64,000 bases of DNA, from the sequence record SRR20825019_1535; one strand, written 5' to 3'. Below the pieces are notes generated by a model. That model did no database searches, was not told where the DNA came from, and saw nothing but the letters and a program-made list of their open reading frames with translations. Positions 60,926-64,000 of this stretch are shown here, in pieces (position 1 is the stretch's first letter; each line of letters starts with the position of its first letter). Both the position numbers and the translations under genes were made by a program.

Positions 60926-61494
60926 CGGACTCGCTCCGCCGCTTCCGCGATCATGTCGCGATAGGCATATGTGATGAGATCTCGGATTAGCTCGAGAAGT
61001 CCGCCGACCGGCAATCCGTCAAACGGATCGCCGTGCGCTGCCAAATTTCGGCGGTCCGATAGGCTCGGTTTGGTCTCGCCGGTCAGTTGTCCGATCGCCG
61101 TCCCATCGCAGCGAACGACCATCGGTATGGCTTCGTCAGTGAGACCGTCGACCTCGACCATGTGTTTTAGGAGAACGGACAGACTCCGCTGCCTCTTCCG
61201 GTACAGATGTCCGTAACGGTCGGTCACTGCCAGTTCGAGCGCAGTAAGCGCGACGAGCTCAGCCGCCTTGATTAGATCGGTGTCGAACCATGCGAGCAGG
61301 TAGAGCTTCTGGGCACGCAGATACTTGAGATGAACGATTTCGGGGACGAAGGGACTGAGAGACAGGCCGTCGACGGCATCGCGCCAGCTTTGTGCATCTT
61401 CGAACGCGAGCAGTGCCCCTGGTGCCCCAGGTTTGGGCCAAGGGACCACCAAGGGGACCTTGCGAGGTGGCAGTTCGTGGAATGCGCTCGCCAT
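60922..61494 (-). CDS. HEPN-like protein
   Basis: Helical; ALTALELA motif and C-terminal RRNLAAHG (R-X4-H). Confidence 0.6.
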   Translation of the reverse strand: MASAFHELPPRKVPLVVPWPKPGAPGALLAFEDAQSWRDAVDGLSLSPFVPEIVHLKYLRAQKLYLLAWFDTDLIKAAELVALTALELAVTDRYGHLYRKRQRSLSVLLKHMVEVDGLTDEAIPMVVRCDGTAIGQLTGETKPSLSDRRNLAAHGDPFDGLPVGGLLELIRDLITYAYRDMIAEAAERVR

Positions 61495-61536
61495 TTTGGC
61501 CCCTTTCGACTGACGATCGTCTCATAGACCTCCGGT

Positions 61537-61587
61537 GACCGCAATTGGTCAAACGTCGGAGATACATCGGGCGACCGCTTTGGGTCG
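61537..61587. repeat. site upstream of the recombinase
   Basis: gaccgcaattggtc (61537-61550) and cgaccgctttgggtcg (61572-61587; 15/16 identical to 53412-53427). Confidence 0.65.
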
Positions 61588-61664
61588 CGTGTTGCCAAGA
61601 TGAGCGTGAAGGCATTGAATCCCGTGACAGGAGGGAAGGAGCATTCTTTTGAGAGGATGCGACG

Positions 61665-62300
61665 ATGCTTACCGACCATGATGATTTTGGAAGTTCCTCA
61701 CTGCGTACACCCTGGAACAAGGGAAGATTGGTCGGCCAGAAGCGGCCACTCAAGCCGAAGGATGTCTGGTCAATCCGGGTGAGGCTTGAGATAGCGGGGA
61801 GCTTGCGTGACCTCGCTTTGTTCAATCTCGCTATCGACAGCAAGCTGCGGGCTTGCGACCTGGTGAGCCTGCGGGTCGATGATATTCTGTCCGACGGTCG
61901 TATTCGCGAGCGCACGACAGTTGTTCAACAGAAGACCGCACGTCCTGTCCAGTTTGAGATGACAGCGGCAACCCGGAACGCACTGGCCGCATGGATAGAC
62001 CAAGCCGGACGACGTCCCGGCGACTATCTCTTCATCAGCCGGCTCCGCAAGAGCGCTCACTTGTCGACGCGCCAATACGCCCGGATTGTACATGGCTGGG
62101 TCGAGAGCGCCGGTCTCGATAGCTCGGCTTATGGGACGCACACCATGCGCCGGACCAAAGCGGCTCAGATTTACCGGAAGACTGGTAACCTACGCGCCGT
62201 TCAGCTTCTCCTCGGTCACACAAAGCTTGAGAGCACGGTGCGCTACCTCGGCATAGAGGTCGAAGACGCATTGGCGATATCAGAGCAGGTCGAATTATGA
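61665..62300 (+). CDS. short tyrosine recombinase/integrase (catalytic domain only)
   Basis: 211 aa; KLRACDL (R), HTMRRTK (HxxR), LLGH, TVRYL (Y). Confidence 0.92.
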   Translation: MLTDHDDFGSSSLRTPWNKGRLVGQKRPLKPKDVWSIRVRLEIAGSLRDLALFNLAIDSKLRACDLVSLRVDDILSDGRIRERTTVVQQKTARPVQFEMTAATRNALAAWIDQAGRRPGDYLFISRLRKSAHLSTRQYARIVHGWVESAGLDSSAYGTHTMRRTKAAQIYRKTGNLRAVQLLLGHTKLESTVRYLGIEVEDALAISEQVEL

Positions 62301-62307
62301 GGAACAG

Positions 62308-62335
62308 CCGCCGCTCGTGATACTGTGAGCGGCGG
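62308..62335. terminator. hairpin between the convergent integrase and MFS genes
   Basis: ccgccgctc-N10-gagcggcgg. Confidence 0.5.
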
Positions 62336-62358
62336 TCCTCATCCTGAGTGTATCCCGG

Positions 62359-63762
62359 TTAGGCGCGTGATCTCGGGGCGACGAAAATTGCCGAAATGAT
62401 GAAGGAGAGCAGCAGCATGATGCTGCCGGTCAGGATCGAGGCGGAGATCTGATGTGCCAGCATATGGTGGTCCGCCACGCCTTCGCGTGATGCCGCGGCG
62501 AATACCACAATCAGCAGACCAAGGCCGAGAGAGCCGCCGAGCTGGTGCGCGACATTCACAAGGCCGGAAGCCGCACCTGCCTGAGCCGCGGGAACCCGGG
62601 CAACGCCGGCGACGGTCAATGGTCCGAGAGCAAAACCGTTACCGAAGCCGATCAGCAGCATGGGCAATGCAATCGCGGTCCAGTAGGAGGCCTCGGCGCC
62701 CGCAAAAGACAGCCACACCATACCGGCGGCTGTGAGGCCGAGGGCGGAGCACAGCAATCCGCCATTGCCGAGTCTCCGGGTGAAGGCCGGGACCAGCGTG
62801 GCAGCGATGAAGGTCGGAACGGTCATCGGCAGGAAGGCGGCTCCGGCAATGAGGGGTGTATAGCCAAGCACGCCCTGCAGGAACTGCGTGGTGAAAAAGA
62901 AGAACCCGACCATAGCGCCGAGAAATAGCATCCGGGCGGCATAGGCGCCCGACCGCTCCCGGCTGGCGAACAGCCCGAGCGGCAGGATCGGCTCGCGCAC
63001 TCGGCGTTCGATCAGGATGAAGGCAACGAGCAGGATGATGGCGGCGGCAATCGACGCGACGGTTACGGGCGCGCTCCAGCCTTCTTCCGCAGCATGCACG
63101 ATACCGAATACCAGAGCACCCATGCCAAGCGTCGAGCTGATTGCTCCAGCCACATCGAAGCGGACGGAAGCGCGGGGTGTCTCCGTCAGGACCCGGAGCG
63201 AAATCAGGATGAGGCCGATGCCGATCGGCACGTTCATCAGGAAGCCGACCCGCCAGGAAAGCAGGTCCGCGAATACACCGCCGAGGACAAGGCCTGCACT
63301 GGCGCCAACGCCCGCGACCATCGAATAATAGGCAAGAGCGCGCGTACGCTCCGGGCCTTCCGGGAAATTGATGGAGATAAGAGCAAGCACGGACGGGCCG
63401 AGAATGGCCGCACCGGTGCCCTGCGCGGCCCGCGCGGCGATCATCTCGACTGGCGTCTGTGCCACGCCGATCACGAGCGACGCGGCTGTGAACAGCACCA
63501 GCCCCACGATGAACATGCAACGGCGCCCGAACACATCGCCGGCCCGCGCCGCGAGCAGCAGGAAGGCGCCGAAGCAGAGGAGATAGGCGTTTTGCACCCA
63601 GGACAGGGTGATCGGCGAGAAGCCCAGATCTTCACGAATGCTCGGCAACCCGGTGATGACGATGGAAATGTCGAGCAGGATCATTAGATAGCTCGTGAGT
63701 ACGATTGCGAGCACGGCGGCGGGCCGTGCCGCTGATCGCACTGGCGATGCGGCATTGGTCAT
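62359..63762 (-). CDS. MFS transporter, DHA2 (EmrB/QacA-like)
   Basis: LDISIV, WVQNAYLL, GDVFGRR, WRVGFLMNVPIG; about 14 TM; RBS AAGGA. Confidence 0.92.
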   Translation of the reverse strand: MTNAASPVRSAARPAAVLAIVLTSYLMILLDISIVITGLPSIREDLGFSPITLSWVQNAYLLCFGAFLLLAARAGDVFGRRCMFIVGLVLFTAASLVIGVAQTPVEMIAARAAQGTGAAILGPSVLALISINFPEGPERTRALAYYSMVAGVGASAGLVLGGVFADLLSWRVGFLMNVPIGIGLILISLRVLTETPRASVRFDVAGAISSTLGMGALVFGIVHAAEEGWSAPVTVASIAAAIILLVAFILIERRVREPILPLGLFASRERSGAYAARMLFLGAMVGFFFFTTQFLQGVLGYTPLIAGAAFLPMTVPTFIAATLVPAFTRRLGNGGLLCSALGLTAAGMVWLSFAGAEASYWTAIALPMLLIGFGNGFALGPLTVAGVARVPAAQAGAASGLVNVAHQLGGSLGLGLLIVVFAAASREGVADHHMLAHQISASILTGSIMLLLSFIISAIFVAPRSRA

Positions 63763-64000
63763 TATCTTTTCCTTATGGCGTTGGAGTTCTATGGCGTTGG
63801 AGTTCTTGGTCGGCCGAGACAATTCATTCTGGCGACTTGCTCCATCGCGTGGCGGGGAGCCGTTTACCGGCTCCGCGATTACGATTTAAGGTTGTCGCGG
63901 CCCTGTCGATGACCCCAACCTTGTCTGTCTGTTGCTGTGTGCAGAGCAGCTTGGGAAATGCGCCCGGATGAGGCATTTCGATACGCTTTCGTCACTCACC

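Larger units (their letters stand above)
50234..62340. mobile_element. defence-gene island associated with a short tyrosine recombinase
   Basis: Switch to accessory genes and pseudogenes with lower GC; repeated intergenic sites; recombinase at the right end. Boundaries are approximate and the island may include the MFS gene. Confidence 0.6.

Noticed and set aside
61665-62300. Classical integron integrase IntI with attC sites
   Set aside because: Too short, no visible IntI-specific insertion, and the repeated sites lack RYYYAAC/GTTRRRY ends; reported instead as a candidate analogous system.
1-64000. CRISPR array, tRNA or rRNA genes
   Set aside because: No regularly spaced repeat-spacer units, cas genes, cloverleaf or rRNA signatures were seen by eye.

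Overview
GC-rich alphaproteobacterial (Rhodospirillales-like) chromosomal window. 1-25.6 kb: cobalamin genes (riboswitch-cobW-cobN-cobO ... cbiX-cobH-cobL-cobI-cbiG/cobJ-cobM, all on the minus strand), split by a ~12 kb surface-glycan block. That block mixes intact genes (epimerases, neuD/neuB-like) with many decayed fragments (transaldolase, SIS isomerase, HldE-like, methyltransferase, carbamoyltransferase). 25.7-45 kb: mostly housekeeping/accessory metabolism (neuA-like pair, GT2, shikimate dehydrogenase, carbamoylase-pyrE, pirin, hisN-like, cycM-kdsB-pheA, M23 peptidase, P-type ATPase). 45-47.7 kb: REP-like palindromes and a repeated 21-mer precede a GNAT gene and an AT-rich nuclease-like gene. 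50.2-62.3 kb: a defence-type island containing a dynamin-like GTPase with an integrase-arm-like N-terminus, an XRE-like regulator + N6-adenine MTase + separate PD-(D/E)XK protein, and a HEPN/nuclease/Lit-protease operon. It ends in a short tyrosine recombinase. Conserved, partly palindromic sites between these gene blocks share a 16-mer with the recombinase's upstream region, suggesting an integron-like cassette array built by a non-IntI recombinase, which is the strongest novel-system candidate. All functional calls come from motif recognition by eye; no database searches were run.
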